Below, piece by piece: positions 24,993 to 36,304 of a stretch of DNA of 64,000 nt (the first letter of the stretch is position 1; each line of letters begins with the position of its first letter). A program made the position numbers and the translations under genes. This stretch comes from Takakia lepidozioides (Eukaryota; Plantae; Bryophyta): NCBI GenBank assembly GCA_030704615.1, contig CM060732.1:53940001-54004000 (forward strand), read 5' to 3'. A model generated the notes under the pieces. It saw only the letters and a list, made by a program, of their open reading frames with translations, had not been told where the DNA came from and ran no database searches.

Positions 24993-26613
24993 TGGGGACA
25001 TCAACCTTGGAGCGTGGGGGAGGAAATGCATGCTTAGCCCGGCTTAGCTAGCTTAGGAATCCGATTGCAAAAACTTGTATTGTACAAAATTTGTATAAAG
25101 AAATGGGTTCCAAATGTTGTGCGTCCTATTTTGTTTGGAATGGTGATGCATGGTATGGTTGGCTAGTGTGTAGAATGCATGCTAGCTTAAAAGTGGGAGA
25201 GGTAAATTGGGTTAATCGTGTGTTTGCGCAGTGCCGAAATCGGGTGACCCCCATCCAAGGGGCAAGGAAACTTGCGCCTTCTTTGGGAGTTCACGTGCTA
25301 GTGCGCACCTGGCGCGTGCGCGTACTATAACTGCGCTACCGAGGGGGTTGCCTTGTAGTGCGGGCTAACGCGGAAGCTACGTGCTTCCGTTCACGTACTA
25401 TAATCGTGTAGCCTCGGGACGAAGTCGTAGTGCGGCTTCGGCGTGTTCCCGTACCTCAGGCCAGCATTCCAAGGCGGACCCAATTGTAGTGATTGGGGCG
25501 CACGGTTGGTTCAAGGTTATCTTCCTAGTCAAAGAGGGTTCCAGGTGAACCCTTGCTCAAGGTGATGCCAAAAGCGGCATCATGAGCGATCGCAAGCAAT
25601 GTTGTTGCAGTAAGGCGATTCGATCCTCGGGGAGGATCGTTCCTTGGCCTTGAAGTAGGCCAAGAAGAGTGCACTGGGAGGAGCTGGAGAGGCTCCACCC
25701 TTGGCCGGACTTGGAGGAAGTCGGCCGAACTAGCTAGTGGAGAGTAGAGTCAAGTGTGGGGTTTGGTTCTTTGCCATGGGACGCCATGGTACGGAAACAA
25801 ACTCCTTGATGTGGGACGCCACAACTTGGATGTTCGTTTCTACAAAATGGACAAGTCGATGAGGACATCGACTCCCTGTTGGTAGGGGTGTGTGTCGCGG
25901 CCCTTTGCCTTGAGGGCAGGGGGTCGGGACACAGAGGGGCTGCCCCTGTGGTGGGGGCAGCGGCAGCGATAGGTATGGGGGGGGCTGAAGCACCCTTGAG
26001 TGCCCAAGGCACTCAAGGAGGCGGAGGCGCTCACTAGGTGGAGCCCCGCACACCGGGTTGCGGTGGGTGGCTCCACAAGGGGTGGTGGTAGCTTAGCGGG
26101 ACTTAGTGGGGGTGGCATAGGACTCACCATGGGGGCGGAGACCTCGTGGTGGGAGTCGTGGGGAGTCTTGGGACTCATCACGGTCCATAGGGGCCGTGGT
26201 GAGTGGGCCAAGACTCACCGCGACTCATCACCGGAGTCGAGGGTTTTCGTGGTGGTTCGCCATAAAATGGCATGGCTGGTTGTGAAACCCCCGCGGACAG
26301 CTACAGAAGTATATATAGGGAGTAGTAACCCCGAGAACGGTGCAAGCCCGTTGGTGACCAAAAACTAGTGAGTAAGCGAGCGAGCCGGAAAGCGACCAAA
26401 GAGTGGGGAGCTGTTCCGGACTGCCATCTACCAAAGGGAATTCTCCTAGTCCCAAATAGGTGGAGGGTTTAGGGAAGCGAAAGGGACCGTTATGTCCCGG
26501 TGAGCAGCCGAAGCTCCAAGTTGGCCCGGGCGGCCAGGTTGGGAGTCAGGTGCGCGCATCAAAGCGAGTAACTATGACTTGAAGGGGAGCTTACCGAAGT
26601 GAGGTGCGCGACA

Positions 26614-27633
26614 ATCGTGGTGGTGGATATGATTAGTAAAATGGGCCATGTCATTTCCACCAAAGAGACGGCAACGGAACAGGAGACGGGACGACTTTAC
26701 TTCGCCCACATCTTCAAGGATCATGGACTCCCGAAGGATATTGTCTCCGACCGCAATCCAAAGTTTACAAGTAAATTTTGGAGAGCACTTTGGAAGAAAA
26801 TGGGGACGAGGCTCAAGATGAGCACCGCCTTCTGACCTACGACGGACGGCCAAATAGAAAGAGTGAATTCCGTGGTGAAGCAGATCTTGCGGAATTATGT
26901 GTTGGCAAACCAATCGGACTGGGTGGAACACTTGGATGCGGCAGAGTTCTGTTATAATAACACAAAACACTCCGCAATGGGAGTTTCCCCTTTTGTATTG
27001 GTCTATGGAAAAGCACCTCTGGTGCCGACAAGTTGGGCCGCCTAGGACGTTGAGGAACCGGCAGCAGCGGCAGTGCTGGAAGAACACGAGCGTTTATTGG
27101 AACTCGCAAAGTACAACATTGCCAAAGCTAGGAAACGGTATGAACGGCAGGCAAATCAGAAGCGGATGGAAGTTAAGTTTGAGGCAGGCACGGAGGTCTG
27201 GTTGAACATCAAGAATTTTCGACTACCTCCGGAAGTGAGTCCGAAGTTTGTACCTCCGTATGCGGGGCCCTTTCCCATCCAGAAGGTTATGAATAAAGAT
27301 GTGTATGAATTGGAGCTGTCGGCAAACAACAAGGTGCATCCGGTATTCCACGTCTCCCTTTTGAAGCCTTACTTCAAAGATGAAGCGCGTCCGAATCGGC
27401 ATCAAGTGTTGTGTCCGCCACCTATGCTGTTGGATCATGAAAATGAACTTGAGTACGAGGTGGAGGCAGTGCTTAAGTCGAGGAGATTCAAGAATCGAGA
27501 AACGGAGTATCTCGTGAAATGGAAGGGCTATCATCAAGTGGAGGCAACTTGGGTGCATGCCTCAGAAATAGGAAACGCATCCAAGGCGGTTGCAGCTTTC
27601 GAAGGGCGACCTCAAAAGCGGAAGAAGCGTTGA
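26614..27633 (+). pseudogene. integrase C-terminal half plus chromodomain of element Z
   Basis: IVSDRNPKF, GPF, VHPVFHVSLLKPY, EYEVEAVL..YLVKWKGY..ATW; in-frame stops at ~26833 and ~27043. Confidence 0.9.
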
Positions 27634-30368
27634 TGGGGACATCAACCTTGGAGCGTGGGGGAGGAAATGCATGTTTTGTCTGGCTTAGCTAGCTCAGGAA
27701 TCCGATTGCAAAAACTTGTGTTGTACAAATTTTGTTATAAATGAAATGGTTTCCAAATGTTGTGCTTCTTATTTTGTTTGGAATGGTGATGCATGGTATG
27801 GTTGGCTAGTGTATAGAATGCATGCTAGCTTACAAAAGTGGGAGAGGTGAATTGGATTAATCGTGTGTTTGCGCAGTGCCGAAATCGGGTGATTCCCATC
27901 CAAGGAGCAATGAAACTTGCGCCTTCTTTGGGAATTCACGTGCTTGTGTGCACCTGACGCGTGCGCGTACTATAACTGCGCTACCGAGGGGGTTGTCTTG
28001 TAGTGCGGATTAACGCGGAAGCTACGTGCTTCCGTTCACGTACTATAATCGTGTAACCTCGGGACGAAGTCGTAGTGCGGCTTCGGCGTGTTCCCGTACC
28101 TCAGGCCAACGTCCAAGGCAGACCCAATTGTAGTGATTGGGACGCACGGTTGGTTCAAGATTATCTTCCTAATCAAAAAGGGTTCAAGGTGAACCCTTGC
28201 TCAAAGTGATGTCAAAAGCGGCATCATGAGCGGTTGCAAGCAATGTTGTTGCAGTAAGGCGATTCAATCCTCGAGGAGGATCGTTCCTTGGCCTTGAAGT
28301 GGGCCAAGAAGAGTGCACTGGGTGGAGCTTGAGAGGCTCCACCCTTCGCCAAGACTTGGAGGAAGTCGGCCAAACTAGTTAGTGGAGAGTAGAGTCAAGT
28401 GGGGGGTTTGGTTCTTTGCCATGGGACGCCATCGTACAGAAACAAACTCCTTGATGTGGGACGCCACAACTTGGATGTTAGTTTCTACAAAATGGACAAG
28501 TCCATGAGGACATCGACTCTCTATTGGTGGGGGTGTGTGTCGCGACCCTTTGCCTTGAGGGCAGGGGGTCGGGACACGAGAGGGGCTGCCCCTGTGGTGG
28601 GGGCAGTGACAACAATAGGTACGGGGGCTAAAGCACCCTTGGGGTTTGCTATTCTATCAGCTATCAGCCATCAGTGTGACGTGGATGCGCAAATGGCGGC
28701 CACATGACAATATAATATTTTTTCTCGGGCTGCCCGTAATTGTTTGCTTGGATTTGTGAGAAACAATAATGAAAAATGACACGGGATTGTACTGACATGC
28801 CACCTTTGGCTGCCGAAGGTGGAGGCTGAGGTAAAAACGAAATTAATGGATGTCGAAATAAAAATAAAAATAAAATAAAACCAACTTTGTACTGACATGC
28901 ACCTTTGGCTGCCGAAGGTGGAGGCTAAGCGGGAGAACATAAAGATAAAAACGAAATAAATGGATGTTGGGGAACCAAAAAAACAAAAAAAAAAAAAAAA
29001 AAAAAAACCAACATGAGATATGGACTTCTAACGTGGAAGAAATCTGTATGTTTTTTTTAGCCGTTTTAATCTCTAGTTTGGATTATCGTATGCTACGGAA
29101 ATGTCCAATGATGCTGGTGAAAAATATATATATTTGTTGGACCTAAGTTGAACGAAGGTAGCTCTTCTGTCCTTGTATAAGGTACTTTTCGCTTTTTGGA
29201 ATGTGATATTTTATTCAATTTCAGACCCTAAAATTTATTTTTTTCCGGGCAGGTTCGTTGGACAGATTGAAATGTTCTTGTTCACCTTCGTTGACCTTCG
29301 TCACTGATGGAATTGCGTTGGTAACTAACGATGCAAGCCTGTTGGTGACCAAAAACTAGTGAGTAAGCGTGCGAGCCAGAAAACGACCAAGGTGTGGGGA
29401 GCTGTTCCGGACTGCTAACAACCAAAGGGAATTTCCACTAGGCCCAAATTGAGAGAAGGTCTTGTGGAGGAGCAAAGGGGGACCGTTATATCTCGGTGAA
29501 TAGCCGAAGCTCCGAGTTGGCCCGGCGGCCAGTTTGGGAGTTAGGCGCGTGCATCAAAGCGAGTAACTATGACTTGAAGGGGAGCTTACCGAAGTGAGGT
29601 GCGCGACATGAATGAATACCTATGCTTCCCTGTGGAATGATAGCTACAAGAATCTATGGTGGTTTTGGAGTGATTTTGACATGTTACTGCCAATGTGGCA
29701 ACATGAAAGAATCGAAAAACAGATAACAAAGACGAGGAGAAGCACTGGAATGAATACCTATGATTCCCTGTGGAATAATAGCTACAAGAAACCTGCATGG
29801 GTAGATGGTCAACTGGAAGCCGCCGCAGCAGCGGCACAATTGATAAAATCAGGTACTGCTAATAAAGGCATTCTTCAACACATTTCACCCTGTTTTTCCC
29901 TCTTATCAGAATCGGCCCTAAATTTCCATGCAATTGACCATAGGAAACTAGTGTGATAAGTTGAGTTGGGTGTTTCCTCGAAAAAATCTAGGCTGTCATT
30001 GTCAGCTGCTAGCAGCAAGGCAAGGATGTATGCATGATTTGTGCATGGATAGTTGAAGGAGCAGGGGATAGAGTGTGGGTCCAGATTCAGGCACTGCTAA
30101 TGAAGGCGCCTTCTTCAACACATTTCACCCTGTGTTTCCCTCTTAACATAATCGGCCCTAAATTTCCATGTTGAATTCTGCAAGTTAGCTGGTTGAGTGA
30201 ATCTAGTTTGGAGTGACCTTGACATGATACTGCCAATGTGACAACAGGAAAGTATCCAAAAACAGGTAACAGAGACGAGGAGAAGCTGTGGAATTAATAC
30301 TTTTCTGACCCCAGTCAATGTCGTAAAGGCGAATGCCTGTCAGATTACCAGATGTCATTCTGATACTA

Positions 30369-30570
30369 CCCTGGACCTATGAGAAAATGATGGGGGAAGG
30401 GGTGAAGCCCGACCACATCACGTTTGTGTGCGTCTGCGGTGCGTGTGCAAGCCTAGCAGCCCTGGAGAAGGGCAAAGAGGTGCATGGTTGCATCGCCAAA
30501 GCTGGAATTGTACCAGATGTGATTTTGAACAATACCCTCGTGGACACGTATGCCAAATGTGGCCGAACAA
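30369..30570 (+). pseudogene. PLS-class pentatricopeptide repeat gene fragment
   Basis: YEKMMGEGVKPDHITFVCVCGACASLAALEKGKEVHGCIAKAGIVPDVILNNTLVDTYAKCG matches the P-L-S PPR consensus; isolated, no complete gene. Confidence 0.88.
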
Positions 30571-31338
30571 TTGTTGTATGGGATGCTAACCAATTCTAGA
30601 CTGTCATTGTCAGCTGCTAGCAGCAAGGCAAGGATGTATGCATGATTTGTGCGGAGGCATGGATAGCTGAAGGAACAGGGATAGAGTGTGGGTCCAGATT
30701 CATCCAAGAGGGCCGGATTTCAAGCTCCAGATTACCTATGATTCCTTGTGGAAGGATTTCTGTTGTTGAATGCCACCGCAACATATTTACTGATGTTAGC
30801 CTCTAGCTCCCAAATGGGTCATGGCAGCAGGGTCAGAAAATGAATATTGCCGACCACACAGCCGACATTGACAATGTCCTTTTCGTGTCTGCATCTGTTT
30901 ATTGTTCTAAGGTAGACTCTCGCCCTCAGTTTAGATTTCACTCTAGTGCTGACTGTAGCTAGGCCCTTCAAATCATCCTTAAGGTGCTCAGCCATGTTGC
31001 AAACTGAATAGATGTTTCTTGCTGTAGCGGCTTGGCTGTTAGCCCCATGGATATAACAGAAATGAAGGCCAAATGATAGCGTAAGAAGAGATAGAATGTG
31101 TTAATTACACAAAGGGACAAAAACCTTTGCAGAAGTAAGAATCCACCCCGCATATAGGTGATGTTTTTTGTGCCCAGGTTCCGTGCATTGCAGTAGTGGA
31201 GAATATGTGCTTTGATGGGAAGCTACTACCTTTTGGCTAGGGCTCGGGTTCCAAGGAATGTGCATCACTGAATCACATACTCAGTGTGAGTCAAAACAGA
31301 TCTTACCAACAAATGCACAAGAATGTGGGCTATGCATT

Positions 31339-31600
31339 GCACCTTCATGTAAAACATGCTATCTTGCAGCCTTAATGTTTTCACATGCACCGCCATCCTC
31401 CAATGGCTTAAGTGTGGCATTAATATACCTTTTAATAAGACTTGAACATTCACAATCCAAAATTGCACTGCACCTTCATGTAAACACATGCTATCTTGCA
31501 GCCTTAATGTTTTCACATGCACCCCCATCCTCCAATGGCTTTAGTATGGCATTAATATACCTTTTAATAAGACTTGAACATTCACAATCCAAAATTGCAT
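31339..31600. repeat. direct tandem duplication of ~130 bp
   Basis: tgcaccttcatgtaaa..cacaatccaaaattgca occurs twice in tandem. Confidence 0.85.
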
Positions 31601-31757
31601 CATGTATTGGAACACAATGTAGTCCATCTTTTCATAAGACTTAATAGACCCCATCATCTTTTCATAGTGCCATGGGGTTGACCCATCCCCTTTTTGTACC
31701 AATTGAACGTAATTCTCAGAATTCGTCGCTAGTAGTGCGGAGCAACGGGAAGCCCTA

Positions 31758-32415
31758 GTTTGTTTGATTTTATTGATGTATAATCATAGTGTATTATTAA
31801 TAGATCCATTTCATTTTCTTTTCTTTTTGGAAAGGGGAGGTAACTATATTTTAACTTTCCAAAATATAACCAACAGTCAGTAGCTCAGTTGGTTAAGTGC
31901 ATTGAGTGCCATCCAGTTGATTCTGGGGTCAAATCTTGCTACTTCACGGGTGTGGTATTCTCTTCTCCCCCTTCCCGGGGCAGTGTCCCACTTGTTCGCG
32001 CCATGAGGTTATTTTCTCCTCTCACTATTAAGAGGCCTGATTTGTGAGCTGTCGCTCCCAGGTGTTTCCCTTAAAAATAAAATAAAATAAAATAAATATA
32101 GACAAAAGACAAAAATTCAATACGGTACTTATAGTTTATAAGTAACGCCTATAAGTCTATAAGTCTAAACACTGAATAATATAGAATTTATTCATTTCAT
32201 TTTCAATATGAATTTGTTTGATTTTATTGATGTATAATCATAATGTATTAATAGATCCATTTTCTTTTCTTTTCTTTTTGGAAAGGGGAGGTAACTATAT
32301 TTTAACTTTCCAAAATATAGACAAAAGACAAAAATTCAGTATTAGTCGGTATTTATAGTTTATAAGTAACGTCTATAAGTCTATAAGTCTAAACATTGAA
32401 TAATATAGAATTTTT
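31758..32415. repeat. direct duplication (~200-bp unit); first copy carries a SINE insertion
   Basis: tttgtttgattttattgatgtataatc..taactttccaaaatata..gacaaaagac..gaataatatagaattt at ~31759 and ~32213. Confidence 0.85.
31869..32093 (+). mobile_element. tRNA-derived SINE, family 1, full length
   Basis: A box TAGCTCAGTTGG, B-box-like GGGTCAAATC, (AAAAT)n tail, TSD AAATATA (31862-31868 and 32094-32100); the duplicated neighbour shows the empty site. Confidence 0.9.
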
Positions 32416-32424
32416 GTCTCTTGT

Positions 32425-32630
32425 CTTCTTTTTTTCTTTTCTTTTTTAATAAAGGAAACCTGGGAGCGACGTCCCACAATTCAGGCCCTTGAGGAGGGGG
32501 AAACCTCGTTCATTTATAGGCCATGGAGACCTACGAGACGATCAACGCCCAGACATACCGTCACGAACAATCCCACACATGGGGCAGGGCAGCGGGTTTG
32601 AACGTTTGAACCCCCAACACATTGTGCACC
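32425..32630 (-). mobile_element. divergent SINE family 1-related copy
   Basis: aaacctgggagcgacgtcccacaattcaggccc 3' end plus T-rich tail; B-box-like ggttcaaac on the minus strand near 32605. Confidence 0.55.
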
Positions 32631-32634
32631 AGGC

Positions 32635-33111
32635 CTCTGAATTTTGTGTGGCCTTGTCGTAATTAGGCTGCACGGTGCAGAGGGGACAGGGACCTGACAG
32701 CGGCCCCACTACATTAAAACGATCCCTATTGCCCTGTTTATCTTATATATGAAAAAAACGTCAATGTGTTGCAAAGGTGGCGGTTCTAGCTTGGTGGTAT
32801 GTCGATGGTGATGTAGCGATATAGGTCTCGGGTTCTAATCTCCGAACGCGGTTCCGGTGGCTGGTGCTGATTATAACTATCTCCGTGGAGGTAGTTTGTA
32901 ACTACTCTCATGCAGGTAGTTCAGCTTGGTTTTGCAACTACCATCATGTAGAAAACCCTAAAATTACCTGCATGGAGGTAATTGTAAATTTCATATGCCA
33001 AAAAAATTCTAAGTCCTCAACGCATGAAGATAGTTTGATCCTATGTTAACGAGATGGTGGGCCCCATCACCTGACCAGCCTCATTACGACGAGGCCACAC
33101 ATAATTCTGAG
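32635..33111. mobile_element. fold-back/MITE-like element
   Basis: ctctgaattttgtgtggccttgtcgtaattaggctg pairs with cagcctcattacgacgaggccacacataattctgag. Confidence 0.65.
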
Positions 33112-33161
33112 ATACCAGCCGATGTGCCTATATTTTGGAAAGTTAAAATGTAGATCTAGGA

Positions 33162-33758
33162 AGATAATGGGAATAATGCAAGAACTTAATGCACACGTGC
33201 AACCTCTGACAACGATGGTACGCCGGTTTCTGGCATGTCAAATCTTCCCCACCCTCTCTTGAGACTGACATGGAACTGAAGGAGTGTAAACTCCATCAGG
33301 GTTATACGATGAGGTGTGTAACTTTACTTGGGGTTACACGACGAGGTGTGTAACTCCACTTGGGGTTACATGGAATGGAGTGTAACTCCACTCAATGTAA
33401 CTCACCCTTGGTCTCGAAATTTGACTAAGTCCAAAATGGACTAATGAGAGTTACATGGGCCAAGGTTACAGAGGGTTACACCAATTAGAAAACTAAAACC
33501 AGGTTATACTACAAGAGCCTCCCATCAAGAATCAAACCCGGATATTCACCACCTGCAATGCTATCACCTTACCATCACGCTACCCACCACAACATGAAAC
33601 CCTCTAGGATTCTTACGTATTCAATAGGGGAACCGAGGGGGTGGGGAGGATTTGACAGGGGCCCAACAAGGGCCGGAGGAGCCCAAGCTGCCAGAATCCT
33701 TCGAAAGTACCATCAGATTTTACGCGTGCATTAAGTTCTTACATTATTCCTATTGTCT
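33162..33758. mobile_element. fold-back/MITE-like element with ~90-bp imperfect terminal inverted repeats
   Basis: gataatgggaataatgcaagaacttaatgcacacgtg..tgtcaaatcttccccaccctctc is inverted against gagggggtggggaggatttgaca..cgcgtgcattaagttcttacattattcctattgtc. Confidence 0.65.
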
Positions 33759-34039
33759 CATAATTAAATATCAATAAAATCAATCAAATTCATATTGAAA
33801 ATGAAATGAGTATCAACACCGTCAAAAGAATTATTACTGGAAAAAGGCAAAACAATGCATAAAATGAAGAATCCTAGGAATAATGTAAGCGTGTGATCTC
33901 TGACAAATCAGTAGGCCAGTTTCCAGCATATTGAACCTTTCCCACCCTCTCTTGAAAGTGACATGGAACTCATTGGAGTATAATTTCAGTCCAGGTGACA
34001 GTAGGTACAAAGAGAGGGAGTGTAAACTCGAGTTGGGGT

Positions 34040-34830
34040 CACTACACCATTTGGGGGGGTTAGCGACGCCCCTGGCTTCGCTAATCGCAATTATCCGGCC
34101 CCGCATAAATCGCAAAAGATGCGTCGCTGTGGGGCCGTCACAGATTTTTGGACTTAATGCGACGCCAGGGGGGTCGCAGATCCAACCCCCCTGAAAATTC
34201 CCACTTGCGACGCCCTGGGCGTCACAAAATGACTGCGACGCTTCGGGCGTCGCTAAAGCCACACAAGGGCAAAAAAAAAAAACAAAAAAACGTCGCTTTT
34301 AAAATGCGACGCCCTGGGGGTCGCTGTCCCCAGGGCGTCGCTTTTGAGGTTTTTTTGAATTTTGTATTTTGAAAAATGACGGGATCCACACAGTTCAAAA
34401 AAAGGCAGGATTGCGCATGGTTTAAAAAATGGCAGGGCACACACTTGCCACATAGTGTCAAACCTAACCCCTCAACATGATTTAGTAAGTAGCCGACACA
34501 TATCGAATTCCTAATTCATTCAACGTATTGTTAGACAAATTTGAACTCAAGACCTCTAGATTATACACATAGTAAGACACTTCACAGTAACCCACATATC
34601 GGTTACCGAACTTATATACAAACTCATGATTTAATTGTACATAAGGTAGTTCATGCGAGCGTTGCTTGTCGCGACGTCAAAGCGATATTCCTAGCGTCGT
34701 TCAAATGTAAGCGACGCCAGAGGCGTCGGTTTTCCTACACCCTCTACTGCAGGAAAAACCAAAAAATGATCAAGTCATTTGTAGCGACGCCTGAGGAAAA
34801 CATCCGTTCTCAGAAAGTCCTCACTAGTAG
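34040..34830. mobile_element. non-autonomous DNA transposon relic with GCGACGCC subterminal motifs (possibly CACTA)
   Basis: Starts CACTAC; more than 10 GCGACGCC/GGCGTCGC motifs clustered at both ends; matching right terminus not found. Confidence 0.5.
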
Positions 34831-34894
34831 CACGGATCAATGCATAGTCGATAGGGCACAAGTCCAATTCGTAAGTAGTCGTGGATGACAACCA

Positions 34895-35060
34895 AGTTAT
34901 AGTGCCCCAGTGGTAGTGGTAGTGGGCACATATCACTTCGAAAATAGTTGTGGATTCAATCCACCAATTGATGTTTCAAATGTGTCCACCTTCCTGCATG
35001 AAGGTACTAGCAAAGCCTGACACCATAATTTATGCTTCTTTAAGGAGGCGTCATATATTA
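34895..35060 (+). mobile_element. tRNA-derived SINE, family 2
   Basis: A-box-like cccagtggtag, B box ggattcaatcc, shared 3' end caccataatttatgcttc..ggaggcgtcatata. Confidence 0.7.
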
Positions 35061-35161
35061 TTATGGTCTTGGATTAAAAGCCACATTGGCTTATATTAGA
35101 TGTCGCCCATTATATTAGCCATTATAATATGGGGTCACTAGATCAACTAATGTGTGGGTAC

Positions 35162-35511
35162 CAGTGTTGGGCGGTTATTTGATTTTTTTCATAACCGGCG
35201 GTTCCGCTAGCTTCAAAAAATTTAAAACTATTAATCTGCGGTTGCGGTTATTAAATTTTTTATGGCTAGATATAACCTGCCGGTTACGGTTACTTGCAAA
35301 AACGTCAAATAACATGTGGTTTTCATCAAATAACCGAGGGTATTGGGCGGTTCTTTAGAGGTTTTAGCTCGGTTATTTGAATGCGTGACCTCCGCCGGTT
35401 CCTAACTGGACTGGTTACTTCATTTTTTCACCTCCGCCAGTCATATACACATATAACCGGATAGGTAACCGCCGGGTATTAGATAGAAATTTAAATAACC
35501 GCCCAACATTG
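35162..35511. mobile_element. hAT-type MITE
   Basis: TIR CAGTGTTGGGCGGTTATT / AATAACCGCCCAACATTG; 8-bp TSD GTGGGTAC (35154-35161, 35512-35519); internal (A)ACCG/CGGTT motifs. Confidence 0.93.
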
Positions 35512-36171
35512 GTGGGTACCTTGGGATTTAGAGTCATTGCAAGGGAAGTTTTGGCCAATCGCATTAGTAGGTGGCCACCAGTCACCTTCTAAATGGAAGG
35601 CAATAGCCTGAAGTAACATACCTGTAGTTGACCTAAGACGGAAGACATTTATTGTTGACATTTTATGCACCTGTTCATTACGTTTTTCATACGGTTTCGT
35701 AGGTACCTTGTTGTTAGTTAGGACAGATAGGTAGATCGATCAAAGGGGGTTGTTTCTCCCTGCACTCTCAGTGTATATATACTTTACATGAAGTTGCTAC
35801 AACATCGATTTCAAGACTGCTCTTGTATAGTTTACTGTTTGTGTCTACATGGTATCAGAGCAAGGCTGCCCAGACTCGTGAGCTTGAGCTCTGAGAATAT
35901 TGCATGTTCACCATTTGAGAAAGTTGTCAGTGAGCTTAGCTCCTGGAATATTGTACGTTGTCATTTAGAGAGTGTCATTTGGAGAGCGGGTTCAACTCAT
36001 CCATTGTAGTTTCTGGAGGGCCTGATGATACTCCAACACTAAATCTACAGTTCCCCATAGTGCAGATTGAGCATACATGCCTGTAATTATACTCACAGGA
36101 CGAAGGTTGGGAGCATGGAACCTCAAATTGGAGGTCAGAAATCGATCACAACAAGAGAGAAGGATGCTTAC

Positions 36172-36304
36172 GATCGAGGCTCGTGGTCAGCTTGTAGATA
36201 AGGGCAAGAGTGACACCGAAGCCAACCACGAAAGGCCAGTTCCTCCGCGCCTCAGATAATGCCACCTCCAACACCGGCCTCCCTACCACTGGCGTGGGAG
36301 CCAT
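36172..36304 (-). pseudogene. captured exon 1 of a gene resembling the plant mitochondrial ATP synthase 6-kDa subunit
   Basis: MAPTPVVGRPVLEVALSEARRNWPFVVGFGVTLALIYKLTTSLD followed by the donor GTAAGC; resembles the recalled plant motif WKRxWPFLxGFAVTGxLITKLTAGL. Confidence 0.75.

Larger units (their letters stand above)
13274..26613 (+). mobile_element. chromovirus Ty3/gypsy element Y, inserted in Z; LTRs 13274-~13994 and ~25893-26613
   Basis: TGTCGCG..CGCGACA termini; 5-bp TSD ATCGT (13269-13273 and 26614-26618); PBS TGGTATCAGAGC (tRNA-iMet) at ~13997; purine-rich tract before the 3' LTR. Confidence 0.93.
12932..29608 (+). mobile_element. chromovirus element Z (oldest host copy, 5' truncated; integrase split by element Y; 3' LTR 28538-29608 interrupted)
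   Basis: Integrase sequence at 12932-13273 resumes at 26614 (..FDAI|IVVVD..). Chromodomain ends at 27633. LTR starts TGTCGCG at 28538 and ends CGCGACA at 29608. Confidence 0.88.

Noticed and set aside
25026-25892. LTR starting at TGCATG after a purine tract
   Set aside because: The TSD-defined insertion shows that the LTR begins at TGTCGCG; this segment is internal 3' UTR.
13105-26455. many GC-rich ORFs in the LTRs and antisense to pol
   Set aside because: Shadow ORFs of repeated LTR or coding sequence, with no domain motifs and frames not conserved between copies.
31725-31760. Helitron 3' end (..CTAGT)
   Set aside because: No convincing GC hairpin upstream and no 5' TC terminus identified.
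31875-31945. tRNA gene
   Set aside because: A/B boxes are present but I could not form a proper cloverleaf; the sequence continues into a SINE body and tail with a TSD.
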